Translations under genes and position numbers: made by a program
IMG/VR virus record: IMGVR_UViG_3300028586_000020
Span: 1-64,000 of that record
Source of the DNA: a virus
Lineage: Duplodnaviria > Caudoviricetes
DNA: 64,000 bases
Reading direction: 5' to 3' (one strand)
The notes under the pieces: generated by a model
Told to the model about the DNA's origin: nothing
The model's input: only the letters and a program-made list of their open reading frames with translations
Databases searched by the model: none
Part shown: positions 36,225-44,703 of the stretch, one piece after another
Layout of the letters: every line of letters begins with the position of its first letter
How positions within the stretch are numbered: the stretch's first letter is position 1

Positions 36225-36667
36225 CCACCTTAACAGACAAAGCCCTGTTTCACCAATGCATGTTGAAGTTTCTGAAAGAGAGCCAACTCAATCGGATACA
36301 AGACAAGCCACACCTGGTCTTTCTGACAGGACGTGGTAAAGCAGGGGTTGATGCATTGTTGTATAACTGGGTTCAAGAACACGGTTACCATTGGGCAGAA
36401 TTCTATCCCAATTGGAACGACGTCGAAGTTGAAGGCGCCATCGTGAAGTACCGCGATGGCAAACCTTACAACTGTATCGCTGGGTTTTGGCGCGATGAAG
36501 AAATGGCAGAAGTGTGTACTCATGGAGTTACTTTCTATGACGGGGTGCAATCAAGCACCCGTGACATGATCGATCGTGTAACTGGGGGTGGTAATCCCTG
36601 CGCGATCTATCTTGTCACCGTAGACAAGGATGAGGACACACATGCCAAAGAACAGGCGCGCCGCTGA
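36047..36667 (+). CDS. SLOG family (YspA/DUF2493-like) protein; start uncertain
   Basis: YRVVVFG...GRGKAGVDAL...FYPNW...AGFWRDEEMAE...FYDG..SSTRDMI, the SLOG pattern. Confidence 0.7.
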   Translation: MPARWSLGTDGLDLPLQERCPSMRDQNRGADHPSERTSSGRIDKERLSEFRYRVVVFGLTTLTDKALFHQCMLKFLKESQLNRIQDKPHLVFLTGRGKAGVDALLYNWVQEHGYHWAEFYPNWNDVEVEGAIVKYRDGKPYNCIAGFWRDEEMAEVCTHGVTFYDGVQSSTRDMIDRVTGGGNPCAIYLVTVDKDEDTHAKEQARR

Positions 36668-37316
36668 GGCAGTAATCTTAAAACGCATCGAACAAATGAG
36701 TCCTGGCGGTCCCACGCCAGAGATCTATCGCAAGATGTTTGCGAAGATGGATGACGCCGCGTTCGATGCGTTCATGGCAACACTGAAACACCGTCAGGGA
36801 CGTTTGGCGATTATCGAGTCGAACATGTCTGCCACCAAGCTCACCATCGAAAATGCGTTAGCGGTGGCCAAAGACATGAACCACGATTTCTATCAACGCA
36901 TTTGGATCAATCCGAATGATGGTAAATCGCCAGCGTTCCTGACCAACAAAGCATACCTAGTGCTTGACTTGCCCTACCGCCGCCAAGCACAGCTGTTGGA
37001 AAAGAAAGCCCGTATTCCGAAACACAACCGCTCGGTCGATGAGTTAACAGGCCAAGCAGCTGGTGATTCGAAAGGCAGTAAACTGTCGTCCCCTGAAATC
37101 CAAGTGCTCGCTGCACTGGACTTACCGAACATGATTACGGAACAGATCAAGTTCCGTGGTGGTGACGTCAAAGGGTTTGATGCCATGAACAACATGATCG
37201 ACAAAACCGGGTCAGTGTCGATGGAAGCGATCAACCATTTGGCAGGTGGCGTGGAGTCCACGCGAACATTGTCGACGTATTTGACGGCAATGCACTTGTC
37301 GAATTCTTTGGTTTGA
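36630..37316 (+). CDS. Virion RNA polymerase beta subunit, C-terminal part (gp149-like)
   Basis: DELTGQAAGDSKGSKLSSPEIQVL...EQIKFRGGD corresponds to the RpoB C-terminal switch/clamp region. Confidence 0.85.
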   Translation: MRTHMPKNRRAAEAVILKRIEQMSPGGPTPEIYRKMFAKMDDAAFDAFMATLKHRQGRLAIIESNMSATKLTIENALAVAKDMNHDFYQRIWINPNDGKSPAFLTNKAYLVLDLPYRRQAQLLEKKARIPKHNRSVDELTGQAAGDSKGSKLSSPEIQVLAALDLPNMITEQIKFRGGDVKGFDAMNNMIDKTGSVSMEAINHLAGGVESTRTLSTYLTAMHLSNSLV

Positions 37317-37323
37317 CCTTTTT

Positions 37324-37899
37324 ATGTCGGAAGTTAAGAAATCAATAATGAATAACCCGATCAGTCCGGTTGACGGCAATGGATACGACCTGTCCAAAAT
37401 CCGTTCTTGCTTTGTCCAGTCCGTTTACCAAACGCTCAACAATTTGTCCCGTGCGGACAATATTGCGGTGCGCAGTCAACTGATTGCGATTATCGGCGAG
37501 GTCACTGTTCCATACATGTTTTCGCAAGACTTTATCGTGGACTTGCGGGACAGGGTCTTTAATGACGAAGTCTTCCGTGACTGGACGCTTAACACACGCT
37601 TTGTGTTCTTCATGAACTTGGCGTGTTTATACGGTCGTGAAATGGTCAGTTTCATTGTCGAGAACTTGGCCCGTAGCGCTTCGTTGGATTTGGGCGCGAA
37701 CGAGTTTCTCGACGCAGAAGAACAAGCTGCCGCTACAAACATCATCGAAGTGCCTGAACAGGTACAAGAAGAACTGCTGGTCTACCGTCCTGCAAAGACG
37801 CTGTTGGCTGGCAATACCTGGATGGTGGTCATCATGTTGGCAATAGCCTTCATGGACCTCGAACATGAAGTATTTAACATGTCATCCAATGAACAATAA
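37324..37899 (+). CDS. Hypothetical conserved protein
   Basis: 191-aa ORF in operon. Confidence 0.7.
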   Translation: MSEVKKSIMNNPISPVDGNGYDLSKIRSCFVQSVYQTLNNLSRADNIAVRSQLIAIIGEVTVPYMFSQDFIVDLRDRVFNDEVFRDWTLNTRFVFFMNLACLYGREMVSFIVENLARSASLDLGANEFLDAEEQAAATNIIEVPEQVQEELLVYRPAKTLLAGNTWMVVIMLAIAFMDLEHEVFNMSSNEQ

Positions 37900-37944
37900 A
37901 AAAGCAGTTCCCAAAAGACTAGAGACTGAAAGAAGACACGCGCC

Positions 37945-38688
37945 ATGAGTGCAGTGCCAACACCACCGCTGTCGAGCATTCTCATCTCTTTGGATGTGTT
38001 ACTCGACACGCGAGCTGGTACCTTAGCGAAAATGCTAGGCCCAGAGAAAGTAGTTGAAGTATTGAAAGGGAACTATCACAACCGCAAGGATGATAAATTC
38101 CCGATGGTTGACGTGGACGCCTATAACGCCATGTATGCACGTCGCGATGAAGAGACGCTTTCATTATCATACTTGACTAACGTCGAGGGATTTCTGCGTG
38201 AACTCGTTCATACGCTGATCAAGCAAGCACTTGTTAGGCCGTTCCATCAAGGTGTGCGTGTTGTTGTCAATACGTATCCGTACCAGTTGTCTGACGAAGT
38301 TACCCAGCAGATATTGGGAGCTGTAGTCGCTAAGTTACTAGCCGACATTGAGGTCGATTTACCTCTGCGAGTCGAAGCCGAACACTTACCCGATGAGATG
38401 CTCAATCCAGAGTACTGCAAGCAAACTTACGCAGCCATGCTGATGTATGATTACGAGTCCTGGTTATCGATGCACCAGCTCGCGCTTATCAAACGACCGA
38501 TGCCCGAGGTCACCCTTTTTGCGCCAGCGATCTTTTTTGCTCAGACGCCTACAGACGAAGAAATACAAGCCGCATTTACTGAATTCCAGATGCACCCATT
38601 TGAAGTCCTAAAAAAATCCGTACAAGGCGGTATTGATCTTCAACTCTTGCCCATTGAGCTATTTAGCATTGTTAAACCAGACAAATGA
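37945..38688 (+). CDS. Conserved phiKZ-like hypothetical protein
   Basis: ISLDVLLDTRAGT and YDYESWL motifs. Confidence 0.7.
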   Translation: MSAVPTPPLSSILISLDVLLDTRAGTLAKMLGPEKVVEVLKGNYHNRKDDKFPMVDVDAYNAMYARRDEETLSLSYLTNVEGFLRELVHTLIKQALVRPFHQGVRVVVNTYPYQLSDEVTQQILGAVVAKLLADIEVDLPLRVEAEHLPDEMLNPEYCKQTYAAMLMYDYESWLSMHQLALIKRPMPEVTLFAPAIFFAQTPTDEEIQAAFTEFQMHPFEVLKKSVQGGIDLQLLPIELFSIVKPDK

Positions 38689-38743
38689 CGACACACACCC
38701 CGCTACCCGCTCGCAAGAGCAGGTAGCGGAGTAGAGTAAGTAG

Positions 38744-39274
38744 TTACGGTTGCGCGTCCTTGGCGAAGCCGTCGTATGACAGATGTGTGGTGCCCATATC
38801 GGTTTCCCCTGGTACCAGATTCGGCGCACCGACATCGTCACCCAGGCTTGGGGGTTTGCGATTCGGGTCCATGTCTTGGGGATCGATCTGGAATGTTTTG
38901 GCACTGATCGCGCGCAGAATCGCTGCGCTGTCACGCTGGGACTCTTCCGCTGTTTTAGCCGACGCTTCTTCGATGCCGACCCGGCGCCGGTTGACCGTGG
39001 TCTTGTCCATGTCACTGGCCGCTTTCAACAGCGAGTTCACCAGTTCCGAATCCACACCTTGCTTTAATGCGTTGTTAATCACACGGATCGCGCCGACACG
39101 CAGTTTTTGCGTATAGGTGGCCACGCTATCCATGTCCAGCACATCGTCTGGTCCTTGGAGGTTATCTGCTGGTCCCTGCATCACGATAGGACCTTCCGTA
39201 ACGGCCGCAACCGCTTTGGTGACACCGGGGAATTCTTCCTCGACGCCATCATGTTCATCAGTATGTTCACCCAT
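38744..39274 (-). CDS. Hypothetical acidic protein
   Basis: GAGGA RBS; 176 aa. Confidence 0.65.
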   Translation of the reverse strand: MGEHTDEHDGVEEEFPGVTKAVAAVTEGPIVMQGPADNLQGPDDVLDMDSVATYTQKLRVGAIRVINNALKQGVDSELVNSLLKAASDMDKTTVNRRRVGIEEASAKTAEESQRDSAAILRAISAKTFQIDPQDMDPNRKPPSLGDDVGAPNLVPGETDMGTTHLSYDGFAKDAQP

Positions 39275-39318
39275 GGGAGTATCCTCGTTAAGTTCAAATA
39301 ATCAATTCTTCGCTAATA

Positions 39319-39345
39319 AATCTCAAACCTATATCATTAAAATGT
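39319..39345 (+). promoter_or_regulatory. Candidate phage promoter
   Basis: tctcaaacctatatcattaaaatg, the same family as 1806, 6331 and 61444. Confidence 0.4.
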
Positions 39346-39376
39346 AGTACCCATTCATTCTACAAGGAGGAAGTCA

Positions 39377-39904
39377 ATGTTAGAAAAGCTTTGGCAGGGT
39401 GTCAAGGCAATGCTGATGGGAACAACCACCCTAGAACCTACGGAAGAAGTGGATATGTCCACGCTTTCGATTCTGGAGCGTTGTGCATTGGTGTATGAGC
39501 AACTGGACACCAAGCCGTTCTTGTCTTACCGTCAAACCGATGGTAACGGCAAAGTCGTCTCGGTCGTGCACGAGAATATCGAAGTGTGTCTTGAAGACTT
39601 GAGTCACTATATCCAGCGTTTGGAGACGAGTAAGTTTGTTCCCCAAAGCCGAGACTTCGAACGCATCGTCAAACCCTTTAACCGCTTCTTCATCACCAAA
39701 GAAGGCTGTTACTTAGAATCGATCGGCATCACCATCAACGATCTGCGCACCGTCGTGCTGGACCTGTGCTCGGCTGTAAACAAAACCAAGGAGAGTGACT
39801 ACTACAGCTACAACCTGCGCATGCTCAACGCGCTTCTCTTTACTCTGTACGATTTGGGTTATCGGCTAACCGATATCGCCAACGAAATCAAACAGCGTTC
39901 TTAA
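39377..39904 (+). CDS. Hypothetical protein
   Basis: AAGGAGG RBS; 175 aa. Confidence 0.75.
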   Translation: MLEKLWQGVKAMLMGTTTLEPTEEVDMSTLSILERCALVYEQLDTKPFLSYRQTDGNGKVVSVVHENIEVCLEDLSHYIQRLETSKFVPQSRDFERIVKPFNRFFITKEGCYLESIGITINDLRTVVLDLCSAVNKTKESDYYSYNLRMLNALLFTLYDLGYRLTDIANEIKQRS

Positions 39905-39979
39905 TCCTTTTTATTCTATCTTTCTTTTATCTTTTTCTCTTGCAGCATTTCTTCGTTTTATTTCACTTGAGGTACGATT

Positions 39980-40525
39980 ATGGCTGAACGTAAACAGCGT
40001 CCCATCCAGCAAATCATGGACGACCCAAACAAAGGGGTCACCAAAACCTACGGATCGTGGGGTTTGTTGTCCAAGCTGTGGCGGATTATTTTGCGGGATA
40101 ACCACATGAATGGTTATCGTTTTAATGTGTTGATGGATCGCTTTTTGAAAGATCCGCGCAACAAACCCAAGAAAGACGCCAGCGGCGAACATTTCGATAA
40201 CCGCGGCAATCTGAACAAAGAGTTCTCGAATCCAACGATGAGCTGGAAAGTCTTTGTGAAGTGTTTGCATTTCATGGGCTTTTCTGAAGTACGTGTGACA
40301 GTCGAATGCCGTCATGAAGATGGTCACATCTCGACGCACCGCACCATGGTCAATCTGAAGGACAACCTTCTGTTGAACGATCCGCGCTTTGTGCCAGAAG
40401 AACTGGAAGAACAAGTCAGTGCGCGTGAGAACGATCCAGAAGCAGAAAACATGCCGGTGCCAGATGATCAAGAACCCATCATCTTCTTGGACCCCTATCC
40501 TGACGAAAACGATAAGGCTGCCTAA
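39980..40525 (+). CDS. Putative HTH-like DNA-binding protein
   Basis: NRGNLNKEFSNPTMSWKVFVKCLHFMGFSEVRVTV; acidic tail. Confidence 0.6.
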   Translation: MAERKQRPIQQIMDDPNKGVTKTYGSWGLLSKLWRIILRDNHMNGYRFNVLMDRFLKDPRNKPKKDASGEHFDNRGNLNKEFSNPTMSWKVFVKCLHFMGFSEVRVTVECRHEDGHISTHRTMVNLKDNLLLNDPRFVPEELEEQVSARENDPEAENMPVPDDQEPIIFLDPYPDENDKAA

Positions 40526-40528
40526 TTA

Positions 40529-41125
40529 ATGACTTGTCTCTCATTGGCTTCGATGATGAATAAACCATTTCTCGACAATCTGCCGGTGCCCGACCCGCGC
40601 TTAGATAGTCACGAACACATCAACGTACACTACAACGATGCTGTGACTGCGCTCGGGCGCCAACTCTCCACTTACTACGTGCAGGCTTTCAAACACCCTT
40701 ACTTTGGACCGTTTCGCTGTGTCGAGGGTTTTATGCGCTATGTGCGCACGGGCTGCCGCGATGACGCCTTTCGCGGTTTAACAGGCTCGCAAGCAAAGAG
40801 CTATTTCTATCAACAAATCAAAGCAAAGAAACTCATCACGTACGAGATTGAGGATGAAGAAAAGGTCTTGATGTTGGCCATGCATGCACGTTTGATCCAA
40901 CATCCTGTGACAGCAGAACTTTTCGTGAACTCCACCTTGCCGTTTGAGAACTACTTCCTCTGGGCTGAAGACAAGAAGGTGCCGCGTGAAGAACGCGTTC
41001 CTGCCCGCCCAGAAGAATCGGCTATGGTGATTCATTCCTTAACCACACTGCGCGAATACATGCAAGCAGGCGAGACGCCTGAACCGCTGAGTCGCGCAGC
41101 GTACGCCAAACTGCGTAAGACCTAA
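40529..41125 (+). CDS. NADAR-like (T4 gp30.3-like) protein
   Basis: LGRQLSTYYVQAFKHPYFGPFRCVEGFMRY resembles the NADAR LSNF..F......F.SVE.F pattern. Confidence 0.5.
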   Translation: MTCLSLASMMNKPFLDNLPVPDPRLDSHEHINVHYNDAVTALGRQLSTYYVQAFKHPYFGPFRCVEGFMRYVRTGCRDDAFRGLTGSQAKSYFYQQIKAKKLITYEIEDEEKVLMLAMHARLIQHPVTAELFVNSTLPFENYFLWAEDKKVPREERVPARPEESAMVIHSLTTLREYMQAGETPEPLSRAAYAKLRKT

Positions 41126-41139
41126 TTACCAGTTCGGCA

Positions 41140-41170
41140 GAGCACTCCTTCGGGGGTGCTCTTTTTTTTG
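41140..41170 (+). terminator. Rho-independent terminator
   Basis: agagcactcc-ttcg-ggggtgctct, then a T8 tract. Confidence 0.8.
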
Positions 41171-41184
41171 TTTAAAGGTACGCC

Positions 41185-42618
41185 ATGATTACCAATCGCG
41201 CTCTTGCTCGTACGACCTTTGCAGCACCGCCAGAGGAAGATCTGGCCGCACCAGACGTTTACGAGATCAAGACTGACGCCGTCATTAACAAACTACCCTT
41301 ACCCGTTCCTCTGTTAAGTGCAGAAAGCTTGACCAATGAATTCCGGGGCGGTAAATCCATGTTGGGGGATATCCCTGGTTTAGATGCCTTGAAGTTGACG
41401 GTATCAGGCGGCGCCGGTTCCCTCAAAGAGGCTGCTGGTAAGGCCACCGGCTTCTTAGATAGCGTCAAGCAAATTGGCTCGACCATGTCGAAAGCGGCGG
41501 GTGGTATCGCAGGCATCAAAGCCAGTGTCCAAGGTGTTAAAGCACTTGCCAACATGAGTGGTCCAGACTTAATGTCGCGCCTGGCCACGGGTAACTTAAA
41601 CGGCGTTCCAGGTTTACAGAACACCAACCTCGGCGCTTTGTCTTCGACACTTATCAGTAGTGTTGTACCCAAAGAAGTCAAGCAGCTGTTTAATACACCG
41701 ATCCCTGCGGTACTGGGTTCGTACAGCACAGTCGGTAATACCTTGACCCGGATTGCAGCGGGTAAAACGAATGACTCTTACCAGATGAGTTCGTTGATTA
41801 ACAACGTGATGGGCAATAACTCCGTCGGCATCATCGACAAAGACAGCACAGCGCGGTTAATCACGGGGCTGGCCATGGGCGGTGCCAGCAGTGGTGTGAA
41901 CAATGCGTTTAGCTCTTTGTTACCATTGGCAGGGGGCGACAAGCAGATCCAGATCTCGGCAGCCATGTCGGCGTTGACCTATAGCGCGACCTCGGGCAAC
42001 ATCCATTCCATGAAAGACGTGGTAAAGTCCGTGGGTGCCAACAACCTCACCGCACTTGCCACTTCGACGATTCGCAGCATCGCTAACGGTTACAATCCTA
42101 CCGCTGAGCGCGTGATCTCGAATATGGAACGGCGCTCTGATTTTAATGCGATGGCTAGTACGTTCACCGAACTCGATCAGCAATGGTTAACATCGTACCG
42201 CATGAAACTTGACGATCTGTCGCAATTACCGATGCCTGATTTTAAAGTCACGGATATTTCCCTGGTGCGTGAGGGTACCGACGACTTCAAGAAAACCATG
42301 GTGTTGGGCGCGATCGCATCCGATGATTCGGAATACAAGTACTTGGCGTCAGTTGCCATGTTCCCGCCGATGAGTCCTGAAGAAGAACTACGAAAGAACT
42401 TTCCTTTTACGTTGACCTCGATCAGTAGCAACACCTTAGCCAGCAACACGGTCGATACCACCAACACGGAAGAACATCGTCGTGCTCTGAAGAACGTAAC
42501 GATTGATGGCAAGTATGGTGATATTCGTGACGATGTGCAAATCGATGGCGTGTCGGCCAATAGCAGATCCGATACTGCCGTTGTCAACCTTAGTAGTTGG
42601 TTAGGCTTTGGCGGCTAA
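41185..42618 (+). CDS. Virion structural protein (Ala/Gly/Ser-rich)
   Basis: 477 aa; N-terminal TTFAAPPEEDLAAPDVY; convergent with the tail genes. Confidence 0.6.
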   Translation: MITNRALARTTFAAPPEEDLAAPDVYEIKTDAVINKLPLPVPLLSAESLTNEFRGGKSMLGDIPGLDALKLTVSGGAGSLKEAAGKATGFLDSVKQIGSTMSKAAGGIAGIKASVQGVKALANMSGPDLMSRLATGNLNGVPGLQNTNLGALSSTLISSVVPKEVKQLFNTPIPAVLGSYSTVGNTLTRIAAGKTNDSYQMSSLINNVMGNNSVGIIDKDSTARLITGLAMGGASSGVNNAFSSLLPLAGGDKQIQISAAMSALTYSATSGNIHSMKDVVKSVGANNLTALATSTIRSIANGYNPTAERVISNMERRSDFNAMASTFTELDQQWLTSYRMKLDDLSQLPMPDFKVTDISLVREGTDDFKKTMVLGAIASDDSEYKYLASVAMFPPMSPEEELRKNFPFTLTSISSNTLASNTVDTTNTEEHRRALKNVTIDGKYGDIRDDVQIDGVSANSRSDTAVVNLSSWLGFGG

Positions 42619-42661
42619 ACATAGCCTCCCTCTACCCTACGGGGTAGAGGGAGGTATGCCG
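42619..42661. terminator. Bidirectional hairpin flanked by CATA and TATG
   Basis: acatagc-ctccctctaccc-tacg-gggtagagggag-gtatgccg. Confidence 0.8.
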
Positions 42662-42675
42662 TCTTTTTTTTTTCG

Positions 42676-44661
42676 CTACTGTTTGTCAGTACCGCGATAG
42701 AACATCGACATCACCCGTGCTGGGAAGGTGTCGCCTAAGAAGCTGGCCATGTGCGCCGGGCTTTTCCAGGTTTCATACGCGGTCATGGTGCGGGTTATGT
42801 TCAACTTTAACTTACGCATACCGTAGATCTGGTCATTCAAGGCCATACCCGATAACACGGCCAGATAGTCCGAGAAATCGGTATCAGGAGTGAATGCTGC
42901 TCCCGTTAAGGTAGCCGCAGCCACTTGACCATTCTCACCTGCCAGTGCCGAACCCACCGCTTGCGCAATCCCTTGGCCGAAGCTAAAGTTTTCGCTAATG
43001 GGCATGTGGATGACTGAAGACATGTCGAGAATACTGAATGTTACGTCAACCCCCAAGGCTTTGCCGTCTTGACCGAAACCAACGTTACCCGTGCCCCGTG
43101 TAATGCTCACCGAGTCAATCATCCCCAAACGTGTCTGGCAGCGACCTTGGTCGTACAGTTCCACCAAGAACGGGCTGGTGTACGATTGTGGGCCGGTGTC
43201 TTTGGGGAGCACCCCTGCCAGAATCATCGCAAGCGGAATGTCGATGTTCAGGATTTGGGAAATGGGATTACCGTAAGGCGATACCAAATTGATGGTGTAG
43301 GTAGAGCGTCCTAGTGTTGCAGACGAACTTTGCCAGTATTTCGGAATATCCGTAAAAGCATTACCCGCCAATGTCGCCAAGCCAGACATCGACACCGAAT
43401 CCAAGACACCGCTACCGAACGACATCACCGCATCTTTGACTTCCCCTACCAACGATCCCAGCGGACCACCCACCAAATTACCTTGACCGAAGTCAAAGCG
43501 TTTGCTGCGCATATCGGCCGACATGCCGTTGACCCGAGACGAGAGATTCGATTCCCCGACCGAATTACTAAACGAGTCTTGAATGGGTCCAGTGGAGTTC
43601 ACCCGGAACGAAGCAAATGCTGCGCCGTCGTCGAGCTCCGCTTGACCGAAGTTAATTAAGGAATCGATAAAACCTTGAGGTTTGTCTGTACCTTGTTGGA
43701 AGGTGTCTTCGACCGCTTCGGTATTGCTACCGCTATCGGACCCTTCTGTCTTTGCGGGTGCCGCATCGAACCACGCTTTGAGATACTCAGGCAAACTCGG
43801 CTCTTTGCTGCCTGCAACGGGTAATGGCGTCGACATGATTTCACGGGTGATCTTTTGCAGGTCCGTGATACCAAGTTTCTCGGCCGCCTCTAGGCGCGCT
43901 TCAAGCATTTTCATGCGCTGACGTTCCAAGCGTTTGGCCCGGTTCACCAATGCATACACGTCAATACTACCTTTCGGTCCAAAAATGGTCGGCATGTATT
44001 TGTGCATGATCGGACCAGCAGCGGCGCCCGTGTAACCTTCTTCCAGTACTTCGCTTGCGTTGCCAAAGACACGCGGCACCACACCACGGTTGACCGCCAT
44101 GTGGTTGACCATGGTGGTAACAGCGTTCCAATACAGCGGCATGGCTGGCTTAGAATAGTAGAACTTGGTGTGTGGTACTTTATTTAAGAACTTAATGGCT
44201 GCGCCCAGGAAGTGCACCATTAGCAGTTTCCATGATGCTAACTGCACCACGAATCCGCCTACTTTTCCTAGCGCATAAAAGAACTGGTTACCCATGCGCC
44301 CTGTATTGGCAACTTGGGCTGCTGAGCTATTGTAAAAGCCCGTAAAGAAACGCGTTAGTGAATTGTGTTGCGCGATACCAAAGCGCAGGTGAATGATTTG
44401 CGCGTTGTCATCGAGGATTTCTTTGTAAGCCCGTCCTTTCCCGAGGCTACCCGTTAAAGCGCCCTTGATACGAATGTCGGCAAAGCGACACCGGGATGCC
44501 GGCGGGTTGACGCAAGTGCTACCACCTGGACGTGTATCGGTATAATCGATGACAGCGGACGTGTAGAAGCGCCGCTGAAAGTCTTGTGATTGGGGGTCAA
44601 GTTCGTCCTTCTTCACTAAGAAGGCACGACGCACCCATGAAGAGTCTGGTTTGACTGCCAT
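42676..44661 (-). CDS. Tail or baseplate structural protein (phiKZ gp182-like)
   Basis: Directly downstream of the gp181-like gene; SPYGNPISQILNIDIPL and LGMIDSVSITRG motifs. Confidence 0.7.
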   Translation of the reverse strand: MAVKPDSSWVRRAFLVKKDELDPQSQDFQRRFYTSAVIDYTDTRPGGSTCVNPPASRCRFADIRIKGALTGSLGKGRAYKEILDDNAQIIHLRFGIAQHNSLTRFFTGFYNSSAAQVANTGRMGNQFFYALGKVGGFVVQLASWKLLMVHFLGAAIKFLNKVPHTKFYYSKPAMPLYWNAVTTMVNHMAVNRGVVPRVFGNASEVLEEGYTGAAAGPIMHKYMPTIFGPKGSIDVYALVNRAKRLERQRMKMLEARLEAAEKLGITDLQKITREIMSTPLPVAGSKEPSLPEYLKAWFDAAPAKTEGSDSGSNTEAVEDTFQQGTDKPQGFIDSLINFGQAELDDGAAFASFRVNSTGPIQDSFSNSVGESNLSSRVNGMSADMRSKRFDFGQGNLVGGPLGSLVGEVKDAVMSFGSGVLDSVSMSGLATLAGNAFTDIPKYWQSSSATLGRSTYTINLVSPYGNPISQILNIDIPLAMILAGVLPKDTGPQSYTSPFLVELYDQGRCQTRLGMIDSVSITRGTGNVGFGQDGKALGVDVTFSILDMSSVIHMPISENFSFGQGIAQAVGSALAGENGQVAAATLTGAAFTPDTDFSDYLAVLSGMALNDQIYGMRKLKLNITRTMTAYETWKSPAHMASFLGDTFPARVMSMFYRGTDKQ

Positions 44662-44703
44662 GAAACATCCTTAAAAAAGAAGAGGGGGCCGAAGCCCCCT
44701 CGC

